64,000 nucleotides of DNA from Candidatus Babeliales bacterium. Its GTDB lineage: Bacteria; Babelota; Babeliae; Babelales; JANWKD01. Both the position numbers and the translations under genes were made by a program. The stretch spans positions 428,132 through 492,131 of the forward strand of contig OY969622.1 of NCBI GenBank assembly GCA_963701665.1. The letters run 5' to 3'. Positions 39,890-49,910 of the stretch are shown here, one piece after another (position 1 is the stretch's first letter; each line of letters opens with the position of its first letter). The notes under the pieces are model-generated. The model was not told where the DNA came from. It was given only the letters and a program-made list of their open reading frames with translations, and searched no databases.

Positions 39890-40572
39890 AAGAGAAGAAA
39901 GTTTTTATTTTTATTGGGCCCCCGGGCGCAGGGAAAGGTTCGCTATCACAATACTGTACGGCCAAATTGGGTTGGAAACAGCTATCGACAGGTTCGCTCT
40001 GTAGGAAAAATATAGACGAGCAGACCGAGATAGGGAAACAAATAGATTTTGCTATAAAATCTGGTAAACTTATATCAGATGATTTAATCGTTAGCATGGT
40101 TGAAGAATGGTTGATTAATAACAGTTCTCATTTCCAAACGGCTATCTTGGATGGATTTCCAAGAACGGTTCAACAGGCTGAAGCGTTAAATGTCCTTCTT
40201 ACGCAAAAAATTAAAAATTGTGATTTAAGGATTATTCGTTTATTCATCTCTGATGATACTATTATACATCGCTTATCAGGCCGTTTGATTTGTAGCAATA
40301 ATAATTGTCAAGCAATTTATTCACTATTACCTTTGTCTGATCATGCTCCTGAGCGTGTGATGACATGCGATACGTGTCAAGATAAGTTAATGCGTAGAGC
40401 AGATGATGCAATGAATGCAGTTATTGAGCGCCTTAAGATTTATCATACTCATGAACAACAGTTATTGAATTACTATCGTGACTACGGTTTTGCTATCAGT
40501 GAAGTTAATGTTGAAAAGCCTTTAAAAGATGTTTTTGATGATTTTCAAAATTTATTGCAGATAATGAAATAG
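39886..40572 (+). CDS. adk: Adenylate kinase
   Basis: GPPGAGKGS, LDGFPRT, Cys-containing LID, RADD. Confidence 0.96.
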   Translation: MKEKKVFIFIGPPGAGKGSLSQYCTAKLGWKQLSTGSLCRKNIDEQTEIGKQIDFAIKSGKLISDDLIVSMVEEWLINNSSHFQTAILDGFPRTVQQAEALNVLLTQKIKNCDLRIIRLFISDDTIIHRLSGRLICSNNNCQAIYSLLPLSDHAPERVMTCDTCQDKLMRRADDAMNAVIERLKIYHTHEQQLLNYYRDYGFAISEVNVEKPLKDVFDDFQNLLQIMK

Positions 40573-41339
40573 TGATGATTACCATTAAAAACAAAGAAGC
40601 AATTGAAAAAATGAAAACGGCGGGAACTTTGCTTGCTGAGATTATGGATGACATTCAGCCATTAATTAAGCCAGGTGTTAGTACCTTGTTTTTAGATTCT
40701 TGGATTGAAAAAGAGCTTTTAAAGAAAAATCTTGTTTCACAAACAAAAGGATATTGTGGATACAAGCATGTGAGCTGCATATCTCTTAATGATGTTGTAG
40801 TTCACGGAATACCGAGAGAAGATGTTCTTTTAAAAGAGGGTGATCTTCTTACCATTGACATATGTGCTGCATGGCAAGGATATTGTGCTGATTTAGCTCG
40901 CTGCTTTTTTGTTGGCAGCACGTCTGCTGATTGCAAAAAATTAGTGGACGTTGCTGAAAGTGCCTTAAAAAAAGGTCTTGAAAAAGCAAAAGTGGGCAAT
41001 AGGCTTTCGGATATATCTGCTGCCATACAGAATGAAGTTGAAAAACATGGCTATGGCGTTGTGCGTGATTTTGCTGGTCATGGTATTGGTCAGCGCATGC
41101 ATGAAGACCCAGAGATCTTGAATTATGGCAAACCGGGTCAAGGCCCTGTTTTGAAAGCTGGTATGACTTTTGCTATTGAGCCAATGATAACCATGGGAAA
41201 ATTTGATGTGTATGTTGCTGCAGATGGTTGGACAGTAAAAACACGAGATAAAAGTTTGGCAGCTCATGTTGAGGATACTGTTGTGATTACAGAACAAGGT
41301 CCTCTTGTATTAACACGCATTAGCCAAGGAGCGCGATGA
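40572..41339 (+). CDS. map: Methionine aminopeptidase type I
   Basis: [32 protein letters not shown]. Confidence 0.97.
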   Translation: MMITIKNKEAIEKMKTAGTLLAEIMDDIQPLIKPGVSTLFLDSWIEKELLKKNLVSQTKGYCGYKHVSCISLNDVVVHGIPREDVLLKEGDLLTIDICAAWQGYCADLARCFFVGSTSADCKKLVDVAESALKKGLEKAKVGNRLSDISAAIQNEVEKHGYGVVRDFAGHGIGQRMHEDPEILNYGKPGQGPVLKAGMTFAIEPMITMGKFDVYVAADGWTVKTRDKSLAAHVEDTVVITEQGPLVLTRISQGAR

Positions 41340-41575
41340 GTAATAAAAAAGAAGAAGTGATTAAAATTGATGGCATTGTGAAAGAAACATTGCCTAATGC
41401 TATGTTTCGTGTGCAGATTGAAGGTGGGCATACGGTTTTAGGGCATGTTTCAGGAAAAATGCGTATGAATTATATTCGAATTTTTCCTGGTGATAGAGTT
41501 GCACTTGAGCTCTCGCCCTATGATTTGACGCGCGGTCGAATTGTATTGAGATATAAAAATGAAAAAATGCAGTAA
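41336..41575 (+). CDS. infA: Translation initiation factor IF-1
   Basis: [29 protein letters not shown]. Confidence 0.98.
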   Translation: MSNKKEEVIKIDGIVKETLPNAMFRVQIEGGHTVLGHVSGKMRMNYIRIFPGDRVALELSPYDLTRGRIVLRYKNEKMQ

Positions 41576-41602
41576 AAAAAATTAATGTGTATTGGGGAAA
41601 CA

Positions 41603-41719
41603 ATGAAAGTTAGAACATCGGTAAAGAAAATTTGTGAAAATTGTCGAGTTGTTAAACGTGCTGGTGTAGTTCGCATAATTTGTGATAGAAATCCACGACA
41701 TAAGCAACGTCAAGGATAA
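41603..41719 (+). CDS. rpmJ: 50S ribosomal protein L36 (below ORF-track cutoff)
   Basis: Manual translation [38 protein letters not shown]. Confidence 0.97.
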   Translation: MKVRTSVKKICENCRVVKRAGVVRIICDRNPRHKQRQG

Positions 41720-41748
41720 ATTTTTGGTGAAATGAACAAGGATTTTTT

Positions 41749-42138
41749 ATGGCAAGAATCGAAGGTGTAAATCTTCCAGGCAGTAAAAGAGTTGAATACG
41801 GCTTAACCTATATTTTTGGTATTGGTCTTAAATCCGCACAGGATATTCTTTCAAGATTAAAGATCAACTTTGATAAACGCGTTAAAGATTTAAGCGATGA
41901 AGAAGTTGCTTCTATACAGAAAGAAATTACCGCTCATTATGATGTTGAAGGTAAGTTACGTATGGAAATCAGAAATAACATCAAAAGATTGCAGGAAATA
42001 GGGGCTTACCGAGGCTTGAGGCATAAAAAAGGACTTCCTGTTCGAGGGCAAAGAACCAAAACGAACGCTCGTACTCGTAAGGGTCCAAGAAAAGCGGGTG
42101 GTGCAGTTGCTCTAAAACGTAAAGTAACTAAAAAATAA
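41749..42138 (+). CDS. rpsM: 30S ribosomal protein S13
   Basis: [27 protein letters not shown]. Confidence 0.98.
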   Translation: MARIEGVNLPGSKRVEYGLTYIFGIGLKSAQDILSRLKINFDKRVKDLSDEEVASIQKEITAHYDVEGKLRMEIRNNIKRLQEIGAYRGLRHKKGLPVRGQRTKTNARTRKGPRKAGGAVALKRKVTKK

Positions 42139-42171
42139 CAATATTACTGCGGTGTTGAGGATATTTAAAGA

Positions 42172-42555
42172 ATGGCTTATAAGAAAAAAACCAAAAAAAC
42201 TAAAAGACATATTGATTCAGTGGTGGCCCACGTTAAATCATCATTTAACAATACCATTGTTTCAATAACCACAGAAAGTGGTGATGTTTTGCTAACTGGT
42301 AGCGCAGGACGTGAAAATTTTAAGGGTGCCCGTAAAGGTACACCTTTTGCAGCGACGCAGGTCGGCTTGAAATTAGCAAAAGAAATCTCAGCATTTGGTG
42401 CTAGGAATGTTGAAGTTAATTTGCAAGGGCCTGGTTCAGGAAGAGATGCTGTCGTGCGAGCGTTGCAATCATCCGGGCTCAATATTACCATATTGCGTGA
42501 TGTAACTCCGTTACCATTCAATGGGTGTCGTGCACCAAAAAAACGTAGAGTATAA
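42172..42555 (+). CDS. rpsK: 30S ribosomal protein S11
   Basis: [28 protein letters not shown]. Confidence 0.98.
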   Translation: MAYKKKTKKTKRHIDSVVAHVKSSFNNTIVSITTESGDVLLTGSAGRENFKGARKGTPFAATQVGLKLAKEISAFGARNVEVNLQGPGSGRDAVVRALQSSGLNITILRDVTPLPFNGCRAPKKRRV

Positions 42556-42587
42556 CGTATAATTTTTTTGTAGGATTTAAGATTGAT

Positions 42588-43148
42588 ATGAAAAAAAAGT
42601 CTACTCCAGTTGGATCTTCTCAAGAGCAAAAAACTGCTGCTCCAAAGCGTATGAAGAAATTGTCAGAATATGGAAAGCAGCTTGAAGAAAAACAAAAAGT
42701 AAAAAGTATGTATGGCATGCTTGAAAGGCAATTCAAGAGATTTTTTAAATTAGCAGCAAAGAGTCAGGAAGCAGCTGGTGAGCGTTTATTGAGCTTATTG
42801 GAGAGAAGACTTGATAATACGGTATACCGACTTAAACTTGCATCTACTCGTGCACAAGCTCGACAAATTATTGTGCATGGTCACATTTTAGTAAATGGAC
42901 ACAAGGTATATTCTCCTTCATATCTCGTCTCTGTTGATGAAGAAATTTCTTTAGCACCTAATGTTACGCAAAAAATAGAATTTTTGGAGAGAGTAATTGA
43001 TAAACGGCTCAATATTGGTGTTAAGGTGCCAGAGTGGTTAGAGTTAAACAAAAAAGATCGAAAAGGTCGTGTTTTACGTCTACCAGTTCGTTCTGATATC
43101 CAAGTGCCAATTGAAGAGCATTTAATTGTTGAGTTATATTCCAAATAA
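42588..43148 (+). CDS. rpsD: 30S ribosomal protein S4 (short N-terminus)
   Basis: [39 protein letters not shown]. Confidence 0.97.
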   Translation: MKKKSTPVGSSQEQKTAAPKRMKKLSEYGKQLEEKQKVKSMYGMLERQFKRFFKLAAKSQEAAGERLLSLLERRLDNTVYRLKLASTRAQARQIIVHGHILVNGHKVYSPSYLVSVDEEISLAPNVTQKIEFLERVIDKRLNIGVKVPEWLELNKKDRKGRVLRLPVRSDIQVPIEEHLIVELYSK

Positions 43149-43208
43149 CGCAAGATAATTCTTGCACGTCGCTCAAGATTTCGTTGAGTCGACTTTTCAG
43201 GAGAACAT

Positions 43209-44262
43209 ATGGATAAGAAGGAGTATAAACCTTTAACAATTCCACTGCTTGGTTGGAATAAGAAAACCCTAAGTGAAACGTTCGGTGAACTTGTTGCGCA
43301 ACCATTAGAGCCTGGTTTTGGAATCACATTAGGTAATGCATTACGTAGAGTTTTGCTAGGGGGAGTAGAAGGTTCTGCCGTTACATCCGTCATTATAAAA
43401 GGCGTGAATAACGAATTTTCATCATTGCCAGGTGTTATAGAAGATGCTATGCAAGTAATCCTTAATATTAAGGAAATAGTTGTACGTAATAAAGCATGGA
43501 AAACCTGGTAAAATGCAGCTTACCGTTAAGGGTGAATCAGTTGGTCGTGTTTCAGATATTGTGGCTGATGATCACTTAGAACTTATTAACAAGGATCATG
43601 TTATTGCGCATGTTGCTCCTAACGGCGTTCTTGAAATAGAATTTTTTGTTGAGCCTGGTCGCGGGTATCAACCTGCTCAATGGCCTGCTGGCAAACAATT
43701 GCAAGATGATGGACGCATTTATCTTGACTCTATGTTTTCTCCTGTTCGTAAAGTTACTTTTGATGTTGAAAAGACGCGTGTTGGCCGAGATATTGATTAC
43801 GATAAATTAATTATCCGTATTGATACGGATGGTGCAGAGTCACCCCAAGAAGTCTTACACTATGCAGTTTCTGTATTGCGTACACAATTGGAACATTTTT
43901 TGTTGAATCCAGAAATTCCTTTTAATGATATTTCATCAGTACCTGAAGATGCTGCTAAGTATATTCAGCCAAAAGGCTCAACAGAGCAAGGGCTTAAAGG
44001 TATCCCTGTTGATTTGTTATTAAAGCCAATTAATGAATTAGAATTATCGGTTCGCGCTCACAACTGTTTGATTAATGCAGGCATTAAGCGAGTTGTTGAT
44101 CTGGTTAATTATTCTGAAGATGAGGCACTAAAAATTAAGAATTTTGGTCGTAAATCATTAGATGAAGTTAAAGAAAGCCTTAAAGCATTCGGTCTTTCGT
44201 TCGGCATGAACATCAAAGAATCTGATTTGAAAAAATTAGCAAAAATTGCTGATGAAGAATAA
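43209..44262 (+). CDS. rpoA: RNA polymerase subunit alpha (one frameshift near 43495)
   Basis: [19 protein letters not shown]; [10 protein letters not shown]; [19 protein letters not shown]. Confidence 0.96.
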
Positions 44263-44285
44263 TGAATAACAAAAGGTAAGAACTC

Positions 44286-44642
44286 ATGAATCATCAAAGT
44301 GGTAGAAAAAAATTAAATTTAAAAGGTCCTCATCGTCGAGCGATGTTACGTAATCAAGTTATTCATCTGATTACTTACGGGCATTTGGTTACTACAAAAG
44401 CAAATGCAAAAGAAGTAAAGAAATTAGCCGAAAAAGTTGTTACCATTGCGCGTGCTGGAAATTCATTCAACTCGTTCAGACGTGTTAACGCGTTGCTTCC
44501 TTATAAAAAAGAAGCAGTTAACAAACTTTTTAAAGAAATTGCGCCAACGTACGCAAATCGTCCCGGCGGATACACTCGCCTTATTTCGCTTGGTAAACGC
44601 GTCAGTGATACAGCACCGATTGCAAAATTGGAATGGGTATAA
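44286..44642 (+). CDS. rplQ: 50S ribosomal protein L17
   Basis: HRRAMLRN, TTKANAKE, RPGGYTR. Confidence 0.97.
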   Translation: MNHQSGRKKLNLKGPHRRAMLRNQVIHLITYGHLVTTKANAKEVKKLAEKVVTIARAGNSFNSFRRVNALLPYKKEAVNKLFKEIAPTYANRPGGYTRLISLGKRVSDTAPIAKLEWV

Positions 44643-44866
44643 CGTTAGCTGAACAAATTAAGCAAGCATTATATGCATTACGGCCAGCTCTTGAAAAAGA
44701 TGGCGGTGATCTTGAGTTTGTATCATTTGATGGACAAACAGTGTTTATAAAATTAAAGGGTACCTGTACCAGGTGCCCTTTTTCATTTATTACCGTTCAG
44801 TTAGGTCTTTTTGAGGCGCTCAAACAACAGTTCTCCATGATTCAATCTATTGAAGTTCTGGAATAA
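44633..44866 (+). CDS. NifU/Nfu C-terminal domain protein
   Basis: LRPALEKDGGDLE, LKGTCTRCP (CxxC). Confidence 0.9.
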   Translation: MGITLAEQIKQALYALRPALEKDGGDLEFVSFDGQTVFIKLKGTCTRCPFSFITVQLGLFEALKQQFSMIQSIEVLE

Positions 44867-44905
44867 TCATTAGTTTTAAAGAATTTTTAAAAATATAGAG
44901 AAGTT

Positions 44906-45325
44906 ATGAGCAATAAGAATATTAGAGTCGGATGTGAAATTTTTTTGATAAAAGATGGCGCTCTTTTATTAGGAAAAAGAAAGAATTGTTATGGAGAAGG
45001 AACGTGGGCGTTACCCGGTGGTCATTTAGAACAAGGGGAATTAATAAGTGATTGTGTAAGAAGAGAATTAAAAGAAGAATTAGGAATTGAAGCCTTAGAG
45101 TTTAATCTCATTAGCGTTGCTGAAAATATCGGTGACCATGGTCATTATATACATTTGTCTTTTTTGCTCAAAAGATTTTTGGGTGATATCAAAAACATGG
45201 AGCCTGACCGCTGTTACGAGTGAAAATTTTTTGCTCTATCAAATTTGCCGGAAGAATTATTCAGTCCTCATAGAAACATTCTCAAAAATTACTCTGAAAA
45301 TGTTTTGTATTTAGAAAGAAAATAA
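44906..45325 (+). pseudogene. NUDIX hydrolase with in-frame TGA at 45221-45223
   Basis: Nudix box GGHLEQGE...RRELKEELG; the frame continues after TGA as KFFALSNLPEELFSPHRNILKNY... to TAA at 45325. Confidence 0.75.
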
Positions 45326-45342
45326 TTTTTCCTTATAGGAAA

Positions 45343-48057
45343 TCATCCCTGTTCCATAACTTGCACCGTGCTACCCTGTGCGCCTTTCTCAATCATAAAA
45401 TGTACCGGAAATTGATCTTTCATGGTAGGTAAGTGTGACACGATAATAATTTTGCAAAAATTATTTTGGATTTTATGAAGCGCGTCCATGATGTAAGACA
45501 GTCCTTCTTCATCTTGCGAGCCAAATCCCTCGTCAATGATGAGCGTTTGCAGCGAAGTTCCCGCGCGTCTTGCCAATAATTTTGAAATGGCAATGCGCAG
45601 TGCAAAATCAATTCTGAAAGCCTCGCCTCCAGAAAAAAGCTCGTAAGGCCTGATGCCTTGCGCGTCTGAAATTTTGATGTCGAGCGTTTCCTTCGTTCCG
45701 CCTTTTTGTAAATCGCGCAACGATTCAATCATAATGTGCGATTGATTGTTGGTGAGCTGCCCCAGCAATTCGTTTGCTTCCTGCTCAATTTCTGGCAATG
45801 CTTCTTCAATTAACAACGCTTGAATGCCATCTTTTCCTAATGTTGTTGCAAGAAGCTGGTAATCATCAATTTCTTCTTGTAACACGCGCAGTTCATGTTC
45901 TTGTAGCACGCGTTTTTTTTCAAGCAACTCGAGCGTCGCCTGCTCTTGCTCGAGTTTTCCTTTATCAACGAGCGTTTTCTCTTTGAGCGTTTGAAGCTCC
46001 CTCGTTTCATGGTCAAGAACGCGCGCATCATGATCAATGGCATCTTGTTCTTGTTCTAGATCATTAAAAAGAAGCATATCACGATCTAATTTTTGCAATG
46101 CTTTTTTAAGCTCCTTGAGCGTTTTGCACAGTGCATGTACATCATCTTTTCTTTTTTGTTGTTGTGCAATCTCTTGCAAGAAATGTGCCATCTCTTGTTT
46201 CTGACGCTCGATATCCTGAAGCGCGTGCACTATTTTTTGATGATTTTCTTGATGATACAATGAATTTTTTACCTGCTCATGAGCGCGTGCAAGTTGCTCG
46301 ATCAAAGCTGTGTAGCGTTCGTTTGCAGTGAGGTAGAGATGCTCGCTTTTTTGATGCGCGTGCAGTTCTTCTTGAAGCATGCGTATATCATGTTCACGCG
46401 TTTCAACTTCTTTTTTGAGGATCACAAGCGCGTGCTCAATCTGTTGTTGCTGGGCGCTTGCTTCGTGCTCGTTTTTTTTCAGTTCTTCTACGTGCGCATT
46501 GAATTGTGAACGGAGAAGATTTTTATTTTTTGCGTCTTCAAGCAACGCATGTTGTTCAAGCAATAGTTGCTTTAATGACTTTGTGCAGGAGCTTAAACGC
46601 GCTAAACGATTCTTGTAAAATTTTTCTTCAAGAAGATATTTAGTTTTTAAAAATTTTTTGCGCGAGGCTGATAAATTTTGTTCACATAATGGGCAGCTTG
46701 TTGTGGTGTCGTCATGCTGCAAATGCATTTTTTGTTGAATGTTTAAAAGCTCTTTGGCAATCATATTGCCTTGCGCGCTCCATTGATGATAGATCGTTTT
46801 TCTTTTTTCAAACTGTTTTTCTTGTGCACTCGTATCATGCTCTCCGAGCGCGTGCAGTTCTTTTTCAAGCGCGCGCATCTTGTCTTGTGCGCGTGCACGA
46901 GCTTCATGAAATGCAGTAATTTGGGAGTGCAAAGCTTTTTCTTCTGCTTTTTTTGCAGCACCTTGTGCTTGATGCATAAAGAGTTTTGTTTGCACGTCAT
47001 TCATTTTTTGCCTGAACTCATGATCGTGCGTATTTTTGATGAGCTGCTGCTCTTCCTGTATGCGCAAAATATCAGCTTTCAACTCAAGATTTTTTTGGAA
47101 CTGTTGTTGAAAAAGAGAATTTTTTTCTAACAGCTCTTTGTGCTGCCTTTCAAGTGCTGCAGTATCAGGAAGCGATCGCTGCTGCCGATGAATATTTTTC
47201 CACGCATGATAGGTGCTCAAGAGCTTCTTGTGCAATTCTTGCTGCTCATGGCTGATTTGGTGGTGCTGTTGTATGAGTAGTTTTTTTTGTTCTTGTCTTT
47301 GTGCGCATCGTCGTTTGCGTGTTTCAAGCTCTTGATGCTGCGCATGCATCTTTTTTTCTTTGAGCGTAAGCTGTGCAAAGATATCGACAATGGCGGCAAT
47401 ATTATTTTTTAATGCATCCTTTTTTTCTAACTCTTGCTGAATAGTATGATGGAATGCTTGGAGTTGTTGAAGTTTATAGGCTGCTTCTTTCGTTTTATCC
47501 AACGCAAGTTTTTTCATGACCTCGTAATGCTTGAGCCCTAAAATCGTACTCAAAATTTCCTTGCGATCTTTTGGCGATTTTTTTGAAAACTCGTTGGATT
47601 GTCCTTGGCGTAGAAAGGCTGTATTTATAAATGAGTCAAAATCAAGGCCGAGGGTGGTTTCGATCGTGGTTTGCGTTTCTCGAATCGTTTTGCCCGTTAA
47701 AGCCGTTGATTGATGTCCTGTATCATCAAGTATCCCAAAATCGAGGGCGGCATAGGGTTTCCCGTACGTTTTTGCAAACTCGCGCCTGATGCGATACACA
47801 TTGCCATTAAACATGAAATCCAAAATTACCATCATCTGTGTTTGCCCGAGGCGCAGTAGATGATTATCGGCTTTGGCAACGCCTGAAATTTTACGTGCTT
47901 GTCCCCAAATTGCCCACGTAATGGCATCCAAAAGAGCTGATTTGCCATGACCGTTTTTCCCGCTTAGGCATATAAGAGGATAGGGACCAAAATCGATGGT
48001 TTGGAGCGTGGGGCCATAGCTGAGGAAATTTTTGAGTTGTATTTTTAAGGGGATCAT
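45343..48057 (-). CDS. sbcC: SbcC/Rad50-like SMC-family ATPase
   Basis: LKNFLSY, GKNGHGKS, CPLC zinc hook, FSGGE, LIIDEGFGSQD, long coiled coils. Confidence 0.93.
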   Translation of the reverse strand: MIPLKIQLKNFLSYGPTLQTIDFGPYPLICLSGKNGHGKSALLDAITWAIWGQARKISGVAKADNHLLRLGQTQMMVILDFMFNGNVYRIRREFAKTYGKPYAALDFGILDDTGHQSTALTGKTIRETQTTIETTLGLDFDSFINTAFLRQGQSNEFSKKSPKDRKEILSTILGLKHYEVMKKLALDKTKEAAYKLQQLQAFHHTIQQELEKKDALKNNIAAIVDIFAQLTLKEKKMHAQHQELETRKRRCAQRQEQKKLLIQQHHQISHEQQELHKKLLSTYHAWKNIHRQQRSLPDTAALERQHKELLEKNSLFQQQFQKNLELKADILRIQEEQQLIKNTHDHEFRQKMNDVQTKLFMHQAQGAAKKAEEKALHSQITAFHEARARAQDKMRALEKELHALGEHDTSAQEKQFEKRKTIYHQWSAQGNMIAKELLNIQQKMHLQHDDTTTSCPLCEQNLSASRKKFLKTKYLLEEKFYKNRLARLSSCTKSLKQLLLEQHALLEDAKNKNLLRSQFNAHVEELKKNEHEASAQQQQIEHALVILKKEVETREHDIRMLQEELHAHQKSEHLYLTANERYTALIEQLARAHEQVKNSLYHQENHQKIVHALQDIERQKQEMAHFLQEIAQQQKRKDDVHALCKTLKELKKALQKLDRDMLLFNDLEQEQDAIDHDARVLDHETRELQTLKEKTLVDKGKLEQEQATLELLEKKRVLQEHELRVLQEEIDDYQLLATTLGKDGIQALLIEEALPEIEQEANELLGQLTNNQSHIMIESLRDLQKGGTKETLDIKISDAQGIRPYELFSGGEAFRIDFALRIAISKLLARRAGTSLQTLIIDEGFGSQDEEGLSYIMDALHKIQNNFCKIIIVSHLPTMKDQFPVHFMIEKGAQGSTVQVMEQG

Positions 48058-48202
48058 GGTACGTTTTATTAAATTTTTTAAAAAAATTCGAGGAACGTTT
48101 TATTTTACCACGCAGAGTAAGAGCCTACAAGGTATATAAAATAAACCTTTGGTTGCATTTTTTGCCAAAAAACAGTAAGTTAAAAACATTAAAACAAAGT
48201 AT

Positions 48203-48279
48203 GGTGAGTGTAGCTCAGCTGGTAGAGCATCAGGTTGTGGCTCTGAGGGTCGTGGGTTCGATCCCCACCACTCACCCCA
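48203..48279 (+). tRNA. tRNA-His (GTG), encoded G-1 and CCA
   Basis: Acceptor gtgagtg/cactcac, anticodon loop ttGTGgc, T-loop gttcgat. Confidence 0.96.
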
Positions 48280-48345
48280 GTCATTTCCTTCGGAAATGCC
48301 TGGCAGGCCATCATACTTCGGTAGTATGGACGTGTCTTCGCTTAT

Positions 48346-48603
48346 TTGGAGTTCTTTGTGGTCATTATAGATGGAAATTATTTCTTAGGTAGCCTCTTCA
48401 TCTTATTAGGAGGTGCGCTTCTTCTAAAAGAAATATTTAAATGGGATATACCGATTTTTAAAATCGCGATCAGTATCTTTTTAATCTATTGGGGTTTGAC
48501 ATTACTGTTTCACATCGATACTTCGTTTGAAAAGAAAAGTGACCGTAAGAATCGTCATGTAAAAATTAATTTTCAGTATCCGAAAAATGATTCTGAAGAG
48601 TAA
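48346..48603 (+). CDS. Small membrane protein (two TM helices); start uncertain
   Basis: FLGSLFILLGGALLL...IFLIYWGLTLLF; an ATG at 48326 in another frame may indicate an indel. Confidence 0.55.
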   Translation: MEFFVVIIDGNYFLGSLFILLGGALLLKEIFKWDIPIFKIAISIFLIYWGLTLLFHIDTSFEKKSDRKNRHVKINFQYPKNDSEE

Positions 48604-48691
48604 GCTTTCATAAGCACTATAACCTCAAAAAGTAGTTGCTTTTATTGATAAAAATCGTTACATTAACTTGTACAAAAATTGATTTATCTGT

Positions 48692-48767
48692 CGGGGCGTA
48701 GCGCAATTGGTAGCGCACTCGCTTTGGGAGCGAGGGGTTGCCAGTTCGAGTCTGGCCGCCCCGACCA
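48692..48767 (+). tRNA. tRNA-Pro (TGG)
   Basis: cggggcg/cgccccg acceptor, ctcgc-ttTGGga-gcgag, gttcgag, CCA end. Confidence 0.97.
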
Positions 48768-48901
48768 TTCTGTATAGACTAAATCTGGAGTCAATAATGA
48801 AAAAGACCGAACTATTGCGTTCAACAGGGCTTTTTTTGTAAACTTATACTATAGTAAATAATACTTTTCCGGTGGCTATCTTTTCCCCTCTCATTTGAAA
48901 G

Positions 48902-49810
48902 TTGTATATGAACAGGTTTATTGTATTTATACTTTTTTTTAACGTCTTCATAAATCTGGCTCACATTAAAGAAATAGTGATTTTGGAGCCTTCTACCAGC
49001 CCATTTTCAAAAATGGTTGAAAAACATGTAGCTCATCTTGCTACAAATTATTTTCAGCAGGTTTCATCACATGATATTCAGGTTTTGGTGAATGCGCTAT
49101 TGGCTTCGTATCAGTATGCTAAAGCTGATTTGAAATACGATACGTTAGTTTCTAAAATTCTGGTAAATCTTTGGAAGCTTAAAACCGACCATAATAAAGA
49201 AGAAGCTATAACCAAATTTATTACTCTCTCAAAAAAGTTTATTCGAATCAATGAACAAAAAACATTAGCTGCTGCAGTGTGGCATGGAGTAACGGAATAT
49301 CTTGATGCTCCAGAACAAGAAAATGCAGCGTATATTTTTGCCCAAATAGCGGAAGAAAGAATAAAAATTGTCCAAGAATATTTGGACAATAATAAAGAAT
49401 TATTTTTTCAATCATGTATGCAGGCGCAAGAATACAATCAAAAAGCCGCACAAAGAATTCATAGCATTGCAAATGTTTTTAAAGCGGTATGTGAAATGCC
49501 TTTTGATGGATCGCCAGAAGAATATTCTTTAGCCGCATTAAATGCTGCATATAAGATGGCTCTTATGTTAGAAGAAGAGCAGCCAAAGCTTATGAATGCT
49601 TTAAAGCCTATTTTACACCATATAGAAGATGTTATCTTAATGAATATCATGCTTGATAGCTTATACTATGCAGAATGCTATAGTTTTTTGAAGAAACAAC
49701 ATAATGGTGAAGATACTATGATACTTTTTGATTATGATGGTTTTATACCGGAAGATAAAAGAGCTGATCATCTTCCCTATGTTGTTTATTGTAACGAAGG
49801 GTTACATTAA
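48902..49810 (+). CDS. Exported helical hypothetical protein
   Basis: Signal peptide MNRFIVFILFFNVFINLA; no recognised motif. Confidence 0.75.
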   Translation: MYMNRFIVFILFFNVFINLAHIKEIVILEPSTSPFSKMVEKHVAHLATNYFQQVSSHDIQVLVNALLASYQYAKADLKYDTLVSKILVNLWKLKTDHNKEEAITKFITLSKKFIRINEQKTLAAAVWHGVTEYLDAPEQENAAYIFAQIAEERIKIVQEYLDNNKELFFQSCMQAQEYNQKAAQRIHSIANVFKAVCEMPFDGSPEEYSLAALNAAYKMALMLEEEQPKLMNALKPILHHIEDVILMNIMLDSLYYAECYSFLKKQHNGEDTMILFDYDGFIPEDKRADHLPYVVYCNEGLH

Positions 49811-49910
49811 AAATTCGAAAAATTATTGGCATAAGCCGCATGGAGCGGCTTAACACCAAGTACCAAATGAAACCTCCATGTTCCCCTTGGATTTTATTTA
49901 CTTTGTAAAT

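Noticed and set aside
45221-45223. UGA reassignment (genetic code 4 or 25)
   Set aside because: TGA terminates conserved genes at expected positions (rplX, yebC, secY, map) and Trp is encoded by TGG throughout.
45420-47713. Many alternative-frame ORFs inside sbcC, and similar ones inside murC, ruvB and ribosomal genes
   Set aside because: These are shadow ORFs of the coding strand with no independent evidence.
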